Translations under genes and position numbers: made by a program
Sequence record: LC778249.1
Reading direction: 5' to 3' (one strand)
Length of the DNA stretch: 64,000 nucleotides
The notes under the pieces: generated by a model
The model's input: only the letters and a program-made list of their open reading frames with translations
The model's database searches: none
Told to the model about the DNA's origin: nothing
Shown here: positions 55,101-64,000 of the stretch, in pieces
Position numbering within the stretch: position 1 is the first letter of the stretch
How the letters are laid out: each line of letters begins with the position of its first letter

Positions 55101-56338
55101 ATACCTTCCGACGTAGTATCAGATGGGTCACCGAATACTAACTGATTAATACCACCGATTGAACCGTTGTTCAGTTTGATACTGTATTTTCCGAATCCCA
55201 TGGTATCTGCTACTTTCATATTCAGAGCACCTACCATTTCATCGCCAGCGCGTGAAACAAGATTCAATTCGACGTTAGTTGGCTTATCATCCTCGTGATA
55301 GATTCTTGAACTTTTTAGCCAATCGCTGCGTCCGTGTTTAAACCAAAGTTTATTTTCGTCAACGTCACTTCTAGCACCGGCAAATAATGACCAAGCAGCA
55401 TAAGAAGCTGTCCATCCATTTACGGTGAATCCAGATACCCAACTAGAGCTAACATCACTTTTATTGGTGAAGTAAGCCGAAATTGTCTTATCTGCTAGGC
55501 CGCTTGGAGGAATCATTGCCGCACGTTCGTCTTTGACTCTAATCCAGTTCTTTTCGTCTACCTCGGATTTTGTATAAGCATCCAAGTCGCCTGGTGTTGG
55601 TTTATTTCCTGGGTGATAAACCATGTTGTCGCCAACATACAGCGGTGTGTTTGAAATGTTTTTCATTGTTCTGACATCGAAACCAGATGTTCTATTTCCA
55701 ACACCAGCACCAGCGGCTCTTATTTCTAGTAAATCTCCACCCTTAGCTTGATCATATGCACCAAGCTTAAAAAATGTGGAATTACCAGCGGCGTCCCATC
55801 CTGATGTAATACTAGCAATTTCATTAACTCTTATCTTTCTAGCGACCGAGTTAAAAAGCAAATCCCCGGTCATTGTATCGCCGGCTTTTGCAACATTCTT
55901 TGCATCAATAGCGTCCGCGTAATCCTTACGCACTAAGCTATTAGCTGCACTTGATTGAGCTGCGTTTGTTAACACAGGATATTGAAATAATGCACCGGTG
56001 GTTGCCAATTGCATCATCAATGCTGAATCTGTGTTTCCTGTTGAAATTTTATATACGGAACCCTGCACGGTTTCGTGCCAAATAATATCAGCTTCGCCGC
56101 CTCTAAATTTTCGTAGATAACTCTTAGAGTTTGTTGGCTGTGACGGCATACTAATCAAATCATAGTTAGTTCCACCGATATCGAAATTGGTGGTCCCTAA
56201 TAAAGTTTGATTACCTCTTGTTGTCATTATCTCCTGATCGCGATAAAACAGCTTATCGTCAACCGGATTTAATTCCAGAATCCCTTGGTGCCAGATTAGA
56301 TTTCCACCAATCTGAGACCCTAATTTAAGATCTGCCAT
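52124..56338 (-). CDS. Distal long tail fibre B (gp36-gp37 fusion) with S74 intramolecular chaperone, 1404 aa
   Basis: Same 25-aa N-terminus as fibre A; RSDERLK..GITY..AGIIAQ. Confidence 0.9.
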   Translation of the reverse strand: MADLKLGSQIGGNLIWHQGILELNPVDDKLFYRDQEIMTTRGNQTLLGTTNFDIGGTNYDLISMPSQPTNSKSYLRKFRGGEADIIWHETVQGSVYKISTGNTDSALMMQLATTGALFQYPVLTNAAQSSAANSLVRKDYADAIDAKNVAKAGDTMTGDLLFNSVARKIRVNEIASITSGWDAAGNSTFFKLGAYDQAKGGDLLEIRAAGAGVGNRTSGFDVRTMKNISNTPLYVGDNMVYHPGNKPTPGDLDAYTKSEVDEKNWIRVKDERAAMIPPSGLADKTISAYFTNKSDVSSSWVSGFTVNGWTASYAAWSLFAGARSDVDENKLWFKHGRSDWLKSSRIYHEDDKPTNVELNLVSRAGDEMVGALNMKVADTMGFGKYSIKLNNGSIGGINQLVFGDPSDTTSEGIAWPKTGKNDSATTNAEYDLLWALDGDLKFNNKSTYGEWNKPNHNDVGAPQRIKSSATGTAISYTRLCSMKAAIGSSGNGANFLLTGGNNFGNNSVPMYNISFNTQTYSGTGVHPEHMIRITLLQEGISECKFYAITVGTEVELWVQRPTYSGEMTITILNDWGLTVHMNTVATLPIEDKTEIDVARVYTSMQKPSNVDLNLVSRAGDKMTGALEISMPYPQIIFTESDQNDKKYIMIADGKGIRLNEDTTGGKGIWQYFPHEDKLTLYKPCTGEMGNLPSSLTTKDYVDTKVGTAVQSVTATGAVKSTGGINPVISLVNATTTEDGAMSAADKAKLNGLPAAAVNKTGDSMTGSLTFTNDSQLVWSRNTDWAKIGFKNDSDQDTDSYMWFETGDNGNEYFKFRVKPTGSTTSEDVFLIKRNETRSNGRFFVDPSTQGSDLITLIGTPNPTGTNARGISGYESTGTTRDWGVGAFSENGEFKFTYLGEGATPWINGLKIHKSGVIETNKSIHLKADNANIILENITDDATKYPSIKYRHMGGQNIEITPNVHDNIRPPFGWHFKKSNDNPSTTLNAYIDVEGTVYAGDDVIAGGDIVAKGNVNVTGHITVFADKATGKTSGETGITTARFVQMLTEKGAFKTVYWVSKVSWDYAGNNVITDTGFGNIHLAGCVIEVIGGTSQYTIRVTTPTTTGTALGAVASREYIYTNHGPTYAPGWRRSINSEDVNLSQTGSWAGTINSIPYIGSDGVMEVAKYIDFHDTNSTADYNVRLENQGDSLWVRTQHGGMQLGAQNTSYAHIYTDRPVFYMNKELQINGARVMFEGSTHGTLTLSNWIRTTGNTGWFNATYNGGIHMEDSTWVRTYNGKKFYCSNAEGDAIYTAGGIKAEGNGNFNDVYIRSDERLKSNFKPILNALDKVGYLSGITYDKVGKTTREAGIIAQRLKVVLPEATGTVTSNDIDYLTVSNSGVNALLIEAIKELTERVKYLESKLN

Positions 56339-56363
56339 TTCTAATCCTCATGTTAGTTTTCAT

Positions 56364-56371
56364 TATTTATG
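56364..56371 (-). promoter_or_regulatory. Late promoter for fibre B
   Basis: CATAAATA on - strand, then GAGGA SD. Confidence 0.65.
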
Positions 56372-56381
56372 AGATTGGAAT

Positions 56382-56410
56382 AAAAAAAAAGCCCCAACCG
56401 AAGTTGGGGC
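56382..56410 (-). terminator. Terminator after gene 35
   Basis: GCCCCAAC/GTTGGGGC stem with T9. Confidence 0.85.
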
Positions 56411-56453
56411 AAAAACCGTAATTGTTACGGTTAAGGGTACCGGGTAGGTACGA

Positions 56454-59400
56454 TTAGATTGCCACCCACGGTTTCGCATCTGCTAAAGCTAGTTGCGATC
56501 CTGCTCCACGGGGACGGAAAATAACTTTCTTGTTAGTGTTCAATCCACTGAACCAAGAAGTGACAACAGCGTTTTCTGGAATTCCATATCCAGTTGCGTT
56601 GATTGCCTGAATTGCAGTAAACGTTCCGATATACTGCTCGTTATTATTATCGTCGATTTGATACAGCTCAACATCGATTGCGTTATATGGTCTTTTATCG
56701 CCAACAAAGTGCAAGTAAGCACTATAACCACTTGTATTTATAGTAGTAAAAAGATCCATTTGAACACTGTCGATATAATGTGAGTCTTTCATTCTGCCAA
56801 TCTGATTTTCTTCGCCTTTAGTTATATCCCATCCATAGATCTTGTTTGTTGCGTCAATCTCACCAATTCTAATATATTTGATTGCGCCCAACTCGTTTTC
56901 TATGAAAGTGTCAACTGGTTTAACGGTTGAATATTGTGATAGATCATAACGACGGCTATTGCACAACTTAGTGCTACTGTCAATCAACTCAACAAGCGTG
57001 ATATCATTGTTGAATCTATATCCTCCAGCCCTTGCGCCGATCAGATTTATACTTTCTGTGCCATCTGGATTCCAAGCTCCGGTAGCAGTTTTTCCATTTA
57101 CTGTTATCGTGATTGTGTTACCAACAACACGCACAAATATATCAAGCTCGTCACCCACTTTAGCGCCAGCGTCGATTGTTATTCCTGTATTGAGCTGCTT
57201 GGCCGCATTATAGGAGAACACACGAACTGAGCTAACACTTCGATATTGGTCAACGCAAATCGTGCTGGTATCATAGACCGGCCCGCTCAAAATAGGATTG
57301 ATATCGTCTTTTAGAGCACCAGCTTTACACTTAACACGAATTGCCCAATCTTTCGGATCTGGCTTCCAAGCGTTTTGAATATGAAGATATCCAGTTCTGT
57401 AATCAGGAATCCATTTAGTTCGATTCACAGTTTTCATGATCGGAGTCTCTCGATCTTCTAGTTTATATTCACTTCCACTAGAATTCTCGATAATAACGTC
57501 GGTGTAAACTCTGGAGACGTTTAGCTTATGAATCTTGACTATCTCATTGAGCTTAGGTGCAATCGTTCTTATATAGACGCCAGGAGCTTCGTCCGTGATT
57601 TTATAAGCAACTGACCCTTTGCATCTTCCAGCTGGAAGAGATTTGATCAATGGCGCACTACCACTTTGTGCCGGTGAATATCTCAACTCAATTCGAGTTT
57701 CTCCTTCGATGTCAAAATCAATTCGAACAATAGAACCCTTTGGTGCACTAAATTTCAGAGTGCCTCCACTAGGAGTCGTTGCGGTATTGAACTTATAGGA
57801 CTTTTCATTTTGTCTAACGGCAGTGCTAAACAAACTCAGATCTGAAACGTAAGTTTTACTTGCGATTACATCTGCTTTTGCCAGTTCGTCCTTGACATAG
57901 TTGTTATAGGCATCATATCGACTCATGTTATAATTTTTGTAATAACGATCATCTTTACCCTTTCCATCAAGTGAGAAGTCCCAGATATATCCATCGAAAA
58001 ACTCGGTGTTATTATATCTTGCACCAACCCGAACAACTCTACTACCTGATTTGATATATCCACTAAGAACGTAATCTGTATTTGCAAGAACTTGCATCCC
58101 GGCAGTAAATGGAGTTCCGTTTACAGTAGAAATCACATAATTTCCGTATGCAGTTAATATTCCAGATGTTGTAATGTAAATTCCACCAAACTGATTGATA
58201 GTTTCAGTTAATGTTCTACCTTCAAGAATATATCCTTTACCAGAACGAGAATTGAATTTGATTTGAAACTCACCGGGACCATTCCAAGGCTGAATATCTG
58301 AATATTGATCTACGCCATTCAATGGAGCGATTTGCTTATTAATATCAATCCAATCAACGTTAGTCACTTTGCCGTTAATCTTAGGACTAATAACACACTC
58401 AATCTTAAACTTCATTGTGTTAACGTTTTTACCGTCGGCTTCTACTATCCATGCTCCATTATTAACATCAAGTGGATTTCTGATAGAATATTGACTTGAG
58501 CTTTGTACCCAATCTGCTCTTGGACTAGCGATCTCACGAACAACGCAAGAATATCGTTTATTGAGTTCCAATCCAGGAAGCAATGTGTTTCCGCCAGCGT
58601 CTAAAATCGTCACGAACACATCTTTACTTTCATCGCATAGACCACCGGGAACAAGTTTAGATCCAGGTCCACAATAAAGAGCATTTGCACTATTATCAGG
58701 AGAAACGTTGGTAGCGAAATATTCTTTGCCGCTATAGCGTGATTTGCCAGGAACTGTTCGTTTATCATCTAGTTGACCGGGTCTAACGAAATTATAAAAG
58801 CGATCATTTGTTCCATTCAGGCGAGTTTTGTCAATCATGTTTAGTTCATGGACAGATCCGCGGAGTTTATGCATATAAACGTTTCCTCGCTTATCTGCTC
58901 CGACTGCAAAATGAGTTATTTGTTTAAACGGAGCTGTAGCGATTCCAGATTTAACTTCTACACCATCCAGATAGAACTTAACATTTGAGCCGTCTACCTC
59001 AATCTTATATGTGTATGATTTACCATATTCGATTCTAGCATCAAAATCGTATCCAAATCCTCCATAACTAAAGAAGTGTCCTTCTCCTCTATCATGATGA
59101 ACTGTTCTAATACCAACTTTTAGATTTCTATTCTCCGTTCCGTCGGTAGTTCCACCCATACCAGAACGCATCCACGTATCGGTAATATCTGGATAGTCAT
59201 AAGAGATAGTTTGACTAACTTCGAATTTAGAACCCGGAATCCAGTCTGGTATATCGAAATATCCAGTTTGATCGAATTGTGGCAACCATTCTTGATCTAG
59301 TTCTTCGTATGATTGAGATACTAGATCGCCTACCTTAGAACTAGCAACGAAAGACGCTTCCGCATCGCCTTCATTGGCGGTAGAAGTAATAAAGCCCCAT

Positions 59401-60371
59401 TGTCCAACTGTTCCATGTGATCTAGACTTATTAACTTCCGGCTTTCTAAGCTTTACCATTACGTCGCGCATACCAATAGCTGCTGTGCTTGTTGGCACAC
59501 TAGGATATCGATATAATGACAACTCAATTCGATTGCAGTTTGTCGGAACCCTAGACATATTTGAACCCGGCGTCCAAACATCTACCGCAGTTGGCTTAAT
59601 GTGCATACCAGAAATATATGTATTTCCATTCCAGAACTGCATAATAAGAGCGCAACCAGTTTTATCTGTAATTGCTTTTTGTTCGTGAAACACTTCCGCA
59701 TTCATTTCGATATATTCGCCGACTTTGATATTCAACTCAGATAATGGCTTATCGATGATTTTAACAACTGCATATCCAGCAGTGGATGATATTACTTCGT
59801 TTTCTTCCCACGCAATCATATCACCGTAACCGGTAACACCAATATCAGCGAATGTATCAAATACAATACAAAGCTGGGCTTGCATAGTTGTTTTACCATG
59901 ACCCATGAATTGTTCAGTCATGATCTTTTTCAGTGGACAATCAATAATAGCAACGTAAGAACTTCTATTTGTTCCTTTTGCTGGATTCCAATAATACTTC
60001 CAACCAACAGAACCAATTTGATCGAAATATGTATTAAGCTTGTCATTAGTCACGTTTTCTGTGTGACTCATTAGAAGAATAATACCAGTAGACAAACTAT
60101 TAACCCAGTTTGTAAATCTATCTGTATCCGCGGCAATTGAAAAGTCAAATGCCATACCGGTTGCTTTAAAATCTTCGGTCAAATGAATGCAGTTTAAGCC
60201 CTTCGTTTGAGAAGGGCTAAGGCTGATTCCGTTTAAGGTGGCAACGCATTCACCTCCTGCGTTGCCTTGTTGACCCTTAATAACTAACTCGTTATCGCCA
60301 GAAAATGTTTCTGACAGATCGCGAGCTTGAATACCCTGTTCTGTAACACGGGCAATAACTAATTCAGCCAT
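56454..60371 (-). CDS. 35: Tail fibre hinge gp35 with about 930-aa C-terminal extension, 1305 aa
   Basis: GGAGG SD before ATG 60371; first ~370 aa resemble T4 gp35; LamG-like repeats follow. Confidence 0.8.
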   Translation of the reverse strand: MAELVIARVTEQGIQARDLSETFSGDNELVIKGQQGNAGGECVATLNGISLSPSQTKGLNCIHLTEDFKATGMAFDFSIAADTDRFTNWVNSLSTGIILLMSHTENVTNDKLNTYFDQIGSVGWKYYWNPAKGTNRSSYVAIIDCPLKKIMTEQFMGHGKTTMQAQLCIVFDTFADIGVTGYGDMIAWEENEVISSTAGYAVVKIIDKPLSELNIKVGEYIEMNAEVFHEQKAITDKTGCALIMQFWNGNTYISGMHIKPTAVDVWTPGSNMSRVPTNCNRIELSLYRYPSVPTSTAAIGMRDVMVKLRKPEVNKSRSHGTVGQWGFITSTANEGDAEASFVASSKVGDLVSQSYEELDQEWLPQFDQTGYFDIPDWIPGSKFEVSQTISYDYPDITDTWMRSGMGGTTDGTENRNLKVGIRTVHHDRGEGHFFSYGGFGYDFDARIEYGKSYTYKIEVDGSNVKFYLDGVEVKSGIATAPFKQITHFAVGADKRGNVYMHKLRGSVHELNMIDKTRLNGTNDRFYNFVRPGQLDDKRTVPGKSRYSGKEYFATNVSPDNSANALYCGPGSKLVPGGLCDESKDVFVTILDAGGNTLLPGLELNKRYSCVVREIASPRADWVQSSSQYSIRNPLDVNNGAWIVEADGKNVNTMKFKIECVISPKINGKVTNVDWIDINKQIAPLNGVDQYSDIQPWNGPGEFQIKFNSRSGKGYILEGRTLTETINQFGGIYITTSGILTAYGNYVISTVNGTPFTAGMQVLANTDYVLSGYIKSGSRVVRVGARYNNTEFFDGYIWDFSLDGKGKDDRYYKNYNMSRYDAYNNYVKDELAKADVIASKTYVSDLSLFSTAVRQNEKSYKFNTATTPSGGTLKFSAPKGSIVRIDFDIEGETRIELRYSPAQSGSAPLIKSLPAGRCKGSVAYKITDEAPGVYIRTIAPKLNEIVKIHKLNVSRVYTDVIIENSSGSEYKLEDRETPIMKTVNRTKWIPDYRTGYLHIQNAWKPDPKDWAIRVKCKAGALKDDINPILSGPVYDTSTICVDQYRSVSSVRVFSYNAAKQLNTGITIDAGAKVGDELDIFVRVVGNTITITVNGKTATGAWNPDGTESINLIGARAGGYRFNNDITLVELIDSSTKLCNSRRYDLSQYSTVKPVDTFIENELGAIKYIRIGEIDATNKIYGWDITKGEENQIGRMKDSHYIDSVQMDLFTTINTSGYSAYLHFVGDKRPYNAIDVELYQIDDNNNEQYIGTFTAIQAINATGYGIPENAVVTSWFSGLNTNKKVIFRPRGAGSQLALADAKPWVAI

Positions 60372-60381
60372 TTGGCCTCCG

Positions 60382-63300
60382 TTAACTAATCCAAATAAAA
60401 TCAACAGATCTGGTTACTGCGTTAGGTCTAATTTCCAAGAACTCACCGTTACCGACTTCAATTCTCAGACGCTTAACTGTTAGCAGTTCCTTGATTGTCA
60501 CATCACCATTTGCAGTAATAGCTTGTGGGGATGTAATAATCAATTCGCCAGTCATGTTGTCACCTTTCTTATTTACACGACTATCGGCAGACTTAGTAAC
60601 ATCATCAATCAAGTTATCGACGTAATCCTTGCGGGTTAAATCGTTAGCTGCGACCGGTGCGGTTGCTTTAGTTCTAACTTGACTGGATGCCTCAACAATA
60701 CCATCAGGATGGAATCGTGTCTGGTTTGTTGGGTCTGTATACCCATTCGGTCTAATGTTCAATGCGATTTTGTTTGAACCGATGTTAAGAGCACCATCAG
60801 TTCCAGCATACAAACCAGTTAATGCAATTGCACCGCCAACTTTAATACTGAACGCATTGCCGTTACCAGCACTGAATGTTGTATCATTCTGGAATGTTTT
60901 CAATCCGGTAATAGTCTCAGTGACGTTTCCAGTCTTGCGAACATAACGATCTTCGTTATATCTCCAACGTGCCAAATGATTATCAGCGGTAGGATCTTGT
61001 CCACCGTTTGAAACGTTTCTATAGAACTGAACATCGCCTGTTCTGAAAATACTCATTTTCGCGTCGAATACATCATCGGTAATAGTGCTGACCTGATAAG
61101 CACCGTCAATAACATGAACGCCGTTTGCCCACCAATTTTTATTGGTGCTGTTTCTGAACATAATTGCGGTATCTTGTTTGCCACCAGTTGCAATCATATC
61201 AAGTCTAACAACGCTTGCACGTTCAATAACTGGAGATTCGGTAAACTTCATACCACCGGTAATAGTCTGTGCAACTGTACGACGAATCCAATCATCGGCT
61301 TTAACTCTTGTGCCGTCTGCTGTATCCATAGAACGTGAACTTTCGGCAACACCTAGAAGGGGCAAATAATGAGCTAATGCGGTATTCAGTGCTCGTGGAC
61401 TAACAACGATATTATCCGTTGCATATTGACCAACTGGGCGAGTTGATCCTTGAATATCATCACCTTGCCACACTGTATTCGCGCTTGCATCATTTGCCAG
61501 AACACACATCATACCAACGCCATAACGAGATTCATTCATTCTGTGGTTCGCGCTTGTGCGCATAGAATCAAGAACACGAATTGGAGTCATTGCGCGAGTT
61601 GCATCTGTGCCAGCGTCGGATTCTGCCTTAGTCGCGATCTCAATAATACCAGTCAGGGTTTCACTTGCTTTTCTGTCGTTCAATTTCTTAGGCGTAATCA
61701 TCACGTTATCAAGCGGATTAATCATTGTGTTTGTTTCTGCTTGTGTTGCAGTACGCAATGTTCCGCGTTGTGTTTCGGTTGATTCTACGATATTAAAACT
61801 CTGTCCTGCCCAGATTGAACCAGCAGTGGTTAAACCGCTTGACACATCAACTGTTAACCGTGTACCATTCAACCATACTCCGAATGTTTTTGGAGTTACA
61901 AACCAACGATCATGCAAAGTGCCAGCATCGACTTCTGCCTGTGTTGCCGTTTCTGCTAGACCCCAGCGGGTTTCGTTTGCAGTACGCTTAACAATCGCAT
62001 CCGGTGTAACATGAATGTTATCGCCAGTTGGAGGAGTATTTGAACTCATTTCCGCATCGGTAACAGCTCTTGACAAACCGGTTAGTGCTGTCGTAGCTTG
62101 ACGTCCTTGCAGAGTCTTAGCAGTAACGAGCAACGGACCATTAACATGGTTATCTGTGCCAGCGTCAGTTTCTGGTTGAGTAGCGACGAATCCCATACCT
62201 TGAGAAGTTTCGGTAGCGACCTTCTCGAACAAAACTTTTGGTGTTACATAACGGTAATGCTCGTCGAAATCATGAACACCTACACCTTTAGTACCACGCT
62301 CTGCTTGTTTTGCGCCAGCCTGAATAACTTGGTAAGTAATACCGGTTTGTGTCTCGGTTGACTTGCGACCATCCAGCACTTTTGGAGTGATTGCAGTCTG
62401 TGCCCACATTTCACCGGTGCCACTCATTGCGTTAGCTTGTGCTTGTGTTGCTACAGTCAAAACACCACGCATGGTCTCAGTTGCCAATCTGTTGTTGACT
62501 CTTTCCGGAGTCATGATTACACTGTTCCAAGCTTCGGTTGTACCGCTTGTTGCTTTTGATTCAGCATCAGTTGCCAATCGAGCGATACCACGGTTAGTCT
62601 GTGTGGCGACTTTGTTACTCAGGGTTTCTGGTGTTACAAATGCTTCGCAATCACGATTTTGACCAGTTGTAATTTGCTCTTTGTTTTTGTTTACTTCTAC
62701 TTGTGTAGCGATTGCCGCTAGACCAACAAATGATGTATCATTGCGATCAACTCTGAATGGCATTGGTGTGTTGGAGATCAAAACCCAAACATCAAGACCA
62801 GTTCCCAGTGCATTTCGGAAGTAAGTGAATTCCCATTGATGGGAACGACCGTCGATTGTGAAAGTCTCTGTCTTTGTTGTAAACTTAGTCAGGTCTTTAA
62901 CAATGTCGCGATACTTACTAACATATGGAGTACCAAGTGCATTTTCGTCTGGAACGATATAATCGTTAGCTTGTGCGTCCGGGATCTTGACTGTGATCTT
63001 AGAACCTTGTACCATATAACTTGTATCGATGATAAAGCTATCGCCGTTGGATGCTTCTTGAGGAAACGTTACGGTGATTGTATCTGTTGCATTTGCAGCG
63101 TGTACCGCTAGTTTTTCACCAAGAATAGCTGTATAATTGGATTCAATCATGTTCCAACGAGCTTTGGTGTCTGCATCAAAAACGCGCCACTGGTTAATTC
63201 TCGCGTCAAACACGAAATAACCCCAACCGGTGCTATCAAACTTGGCACTGTCAACTGGTGTTTCGCCTACGCCAACTAGAATCTTATGGTTACTGTTTGG

Positions 63301-63999
63301 GTAAACGAAAAACTCAGTTTTAGTAAGTGGATTCAATCTATCCAAATCGTATGTTACAATGGTATCGCCATGGTTTGCATAACGAGGAAGACGAATACGA
63401 ATGCCACCGCCGTATTGAGTTTCGCGGACAAGATGATCGCCAACCTTAGCACGGAAGAAGTTTTCACCGGGAATATAGCTTGACGAACTAACATAAGTTC
63501 GATTAGAATCTCCCTGTGCCCACAACTGAGCAACCCACTCGGTACCATTGTAAATGAATACAGTGGTAGATCCAGATAGTGTGATGCGATGTGTTGCCTG
63601 ATTGTTGATTTTTTTGCCGTTGCCGTTTACTACGATTTCATAATCGTGGGTAGCGAATCCGTTGTCTTTGATAACTACGGTATCGCCCGCTGCTGGAATA
63701 TTGTTTGCAGCATCGAACGGCATAGTGTATACTGAGTTTGCGCCTACAATCTGAGATAGAATGTATTCACCTTGACGAACGTTACCCTGCAAGTTAGCAG
63801 TCGATGTAACTACTCGCCATGATGGGTCAACGCGAGTCGCTTTCCATTTGTTAAGATTGAAAGGCTCCGGTGCTGTAATTTCGACTTCGCTAATATAGAT
63901 GCGGTCGTTATATGTTACAGCAAAGTCCTTTGGATATGTTCTGCTTGGGCTATGTGGCTGAATGGTGTTTTCGTAGGTGAAGAAATCAACGTTAACGCC
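60382..63999 (-). CDS. 34: Proximal long tail fibre (5' end outside window)
   Basis: ATETxRG repeats; NVDFF..EN near N-end; RIE...VDFIWI C-terminus; frame open to window edge. Confidence 0.95.
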   Translation of the reverse strand, partial: GVNVDFFTYENTIQPHSPSRTYPKDFAVTYNDRIYISEVEITAPEPFNLNKWKATRVDPSWRVVTSTANLQGNVRQGEYILSQIVGANSVYTMPFDAANNIPAAGDTVVIKDNGFATHDYEIVVNGNGKKINNQATHRITLSGSTTVFIYNGTEWVAQLWAQGDSNRTYVSSSSYIPGENFFRAKVGDHLVRETQYGGGIRIRLPRYANHGDTIVTYDLDRLNPLTKTEFFVYPNSNHKILVGVGETPVDSAKFDSTGWGYFVFDARINQWRVFDADTKARWNMIESNYTAILGEKLAVHAANATDTITVTFPQEASNGDSFIIDTSYMVQGSKITVKIPDAQANDYIVPDENALGTPYVSKYRDIVKDLTKFTTKTETFTIDGRSHQWEFTYFRNALGTGLDVWVLISNTPMPFRVDRNDTSFVGLAAIATQVEVNKNKEQITTGQNRDCEAFVTPETLSNKVATQTNRGIARLATDAESKATSGTTEAWNSVIMTPERVNNRLATETMRGVLTVATQAQANAMSGTGEMWAQTAITPKVLDGRKSTETQTGITYQVIQAGAKQAERGTKGVGVHDFDEHYRYVTPKVLFEKVATETSQGMGFVATQPETDAGTDNHVNGPLLVTAKTLQGRQATTALTGLSRAVTDAEMSSNTPPTGDNIHVTPDAIVKRTANETRWGLAETATQAEVDAGTLHDRWFVTPKTFGVWLNGTRLTVDVSSGLTTAGSIWAGQSFNIVESTETQRGTLRTATQAETNTMINPLDNVMITPKKLNDRKASETLTGIIEIATKAESDAGTDATRAMTPIRVLDSMRTSANHRMNESRYGVGMMCVLANDASANTVWQGDDIQGSTRPVGQYATDNIVVSPRALNTALAHYLPLLGVAESSRSMDTADGTRVKADDWIRRTVAQTITGGMKFTESPVIERASVVRLDMIATGGKQDTAIMFRNSTNKNWWANGVHVIDGAYQVSTITDDVFDAKMSIFRTGDVQFYRNVSNGGQDPTADNHLARWRYNEDRYVRKTGNVTETITGLKTFQNDTTFSAGNGNAFSIKVGGAIALTGLYAGTDGALNIGSNKIALNIRPNGYTDPTNQTRFHPDGIVEASSQVRTKATAPVAANDLTRKDYVDNLIDDVTKSADSRVNKKGDNMTGELIITSPQAITANGDVTIKELLTVKRLRIEVGNGEFLEIRPNAVTRSVDFIWIS

Positions 64000-64000
64000 G

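Noticed and set aside
1-64000. tRNA or rRNA genes
   Set aside because: No cloverleaf/T-arm consensus or rRNA-like stretch recognised by eye; tRNAscan was not run.

Overview
A 64-kb segment of a T4-like (Straboviridae) lytic myovirus. It looks most like the Aeh1-type Aeromonas phages, an inference from the host-like sigma70 early promoters, CTAAATA late promoters, asiA without an adjacent motA, fused 39+60, unsplit gene 43 and dUTPase. The + strand (1-46.2 kb) carries early and replication genes: accessory paralog arrays, 49, nrdA/B, nrdD/G, grcA, two glutaredoxins, an SF2-like helicase, 55, 47/46, 45.2, rpbA, 45/44/62, regA, 43, uvsX, 40, 41, 61.1, 61, dut, dexA, MazG-like, 39+60, CYTH, rIIA/B, Nudix, ndd, 52 and asiA. 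The - strand (46.2-64 kb) carries a lysis cassette and the long-tail-fibre cluster: 34 (partial), a much enlarged 35, two gp36-37 fusion fibres and a small gp38-like gene. Best leads: (1) an early 27-aa headless type IV prepilin missed by the ORF track (8205-8288); (2) a three-copy non-coding element (IHF consensus + AT-rich palindrome + GC hairpins + promoter) that looks origin-like, with a non-core helicase as possible partner; (3) two alternative distal tail fibres; (4) a late CBM-containing gene split by two +1 frameshifts; (5) short strong-SD upstream ORFs at 43, rIIA and rIIB, and many promoters whose -10 box sits in or at an inverted repeat. All family assignments come from motif recognition and gene order; no database search was run.
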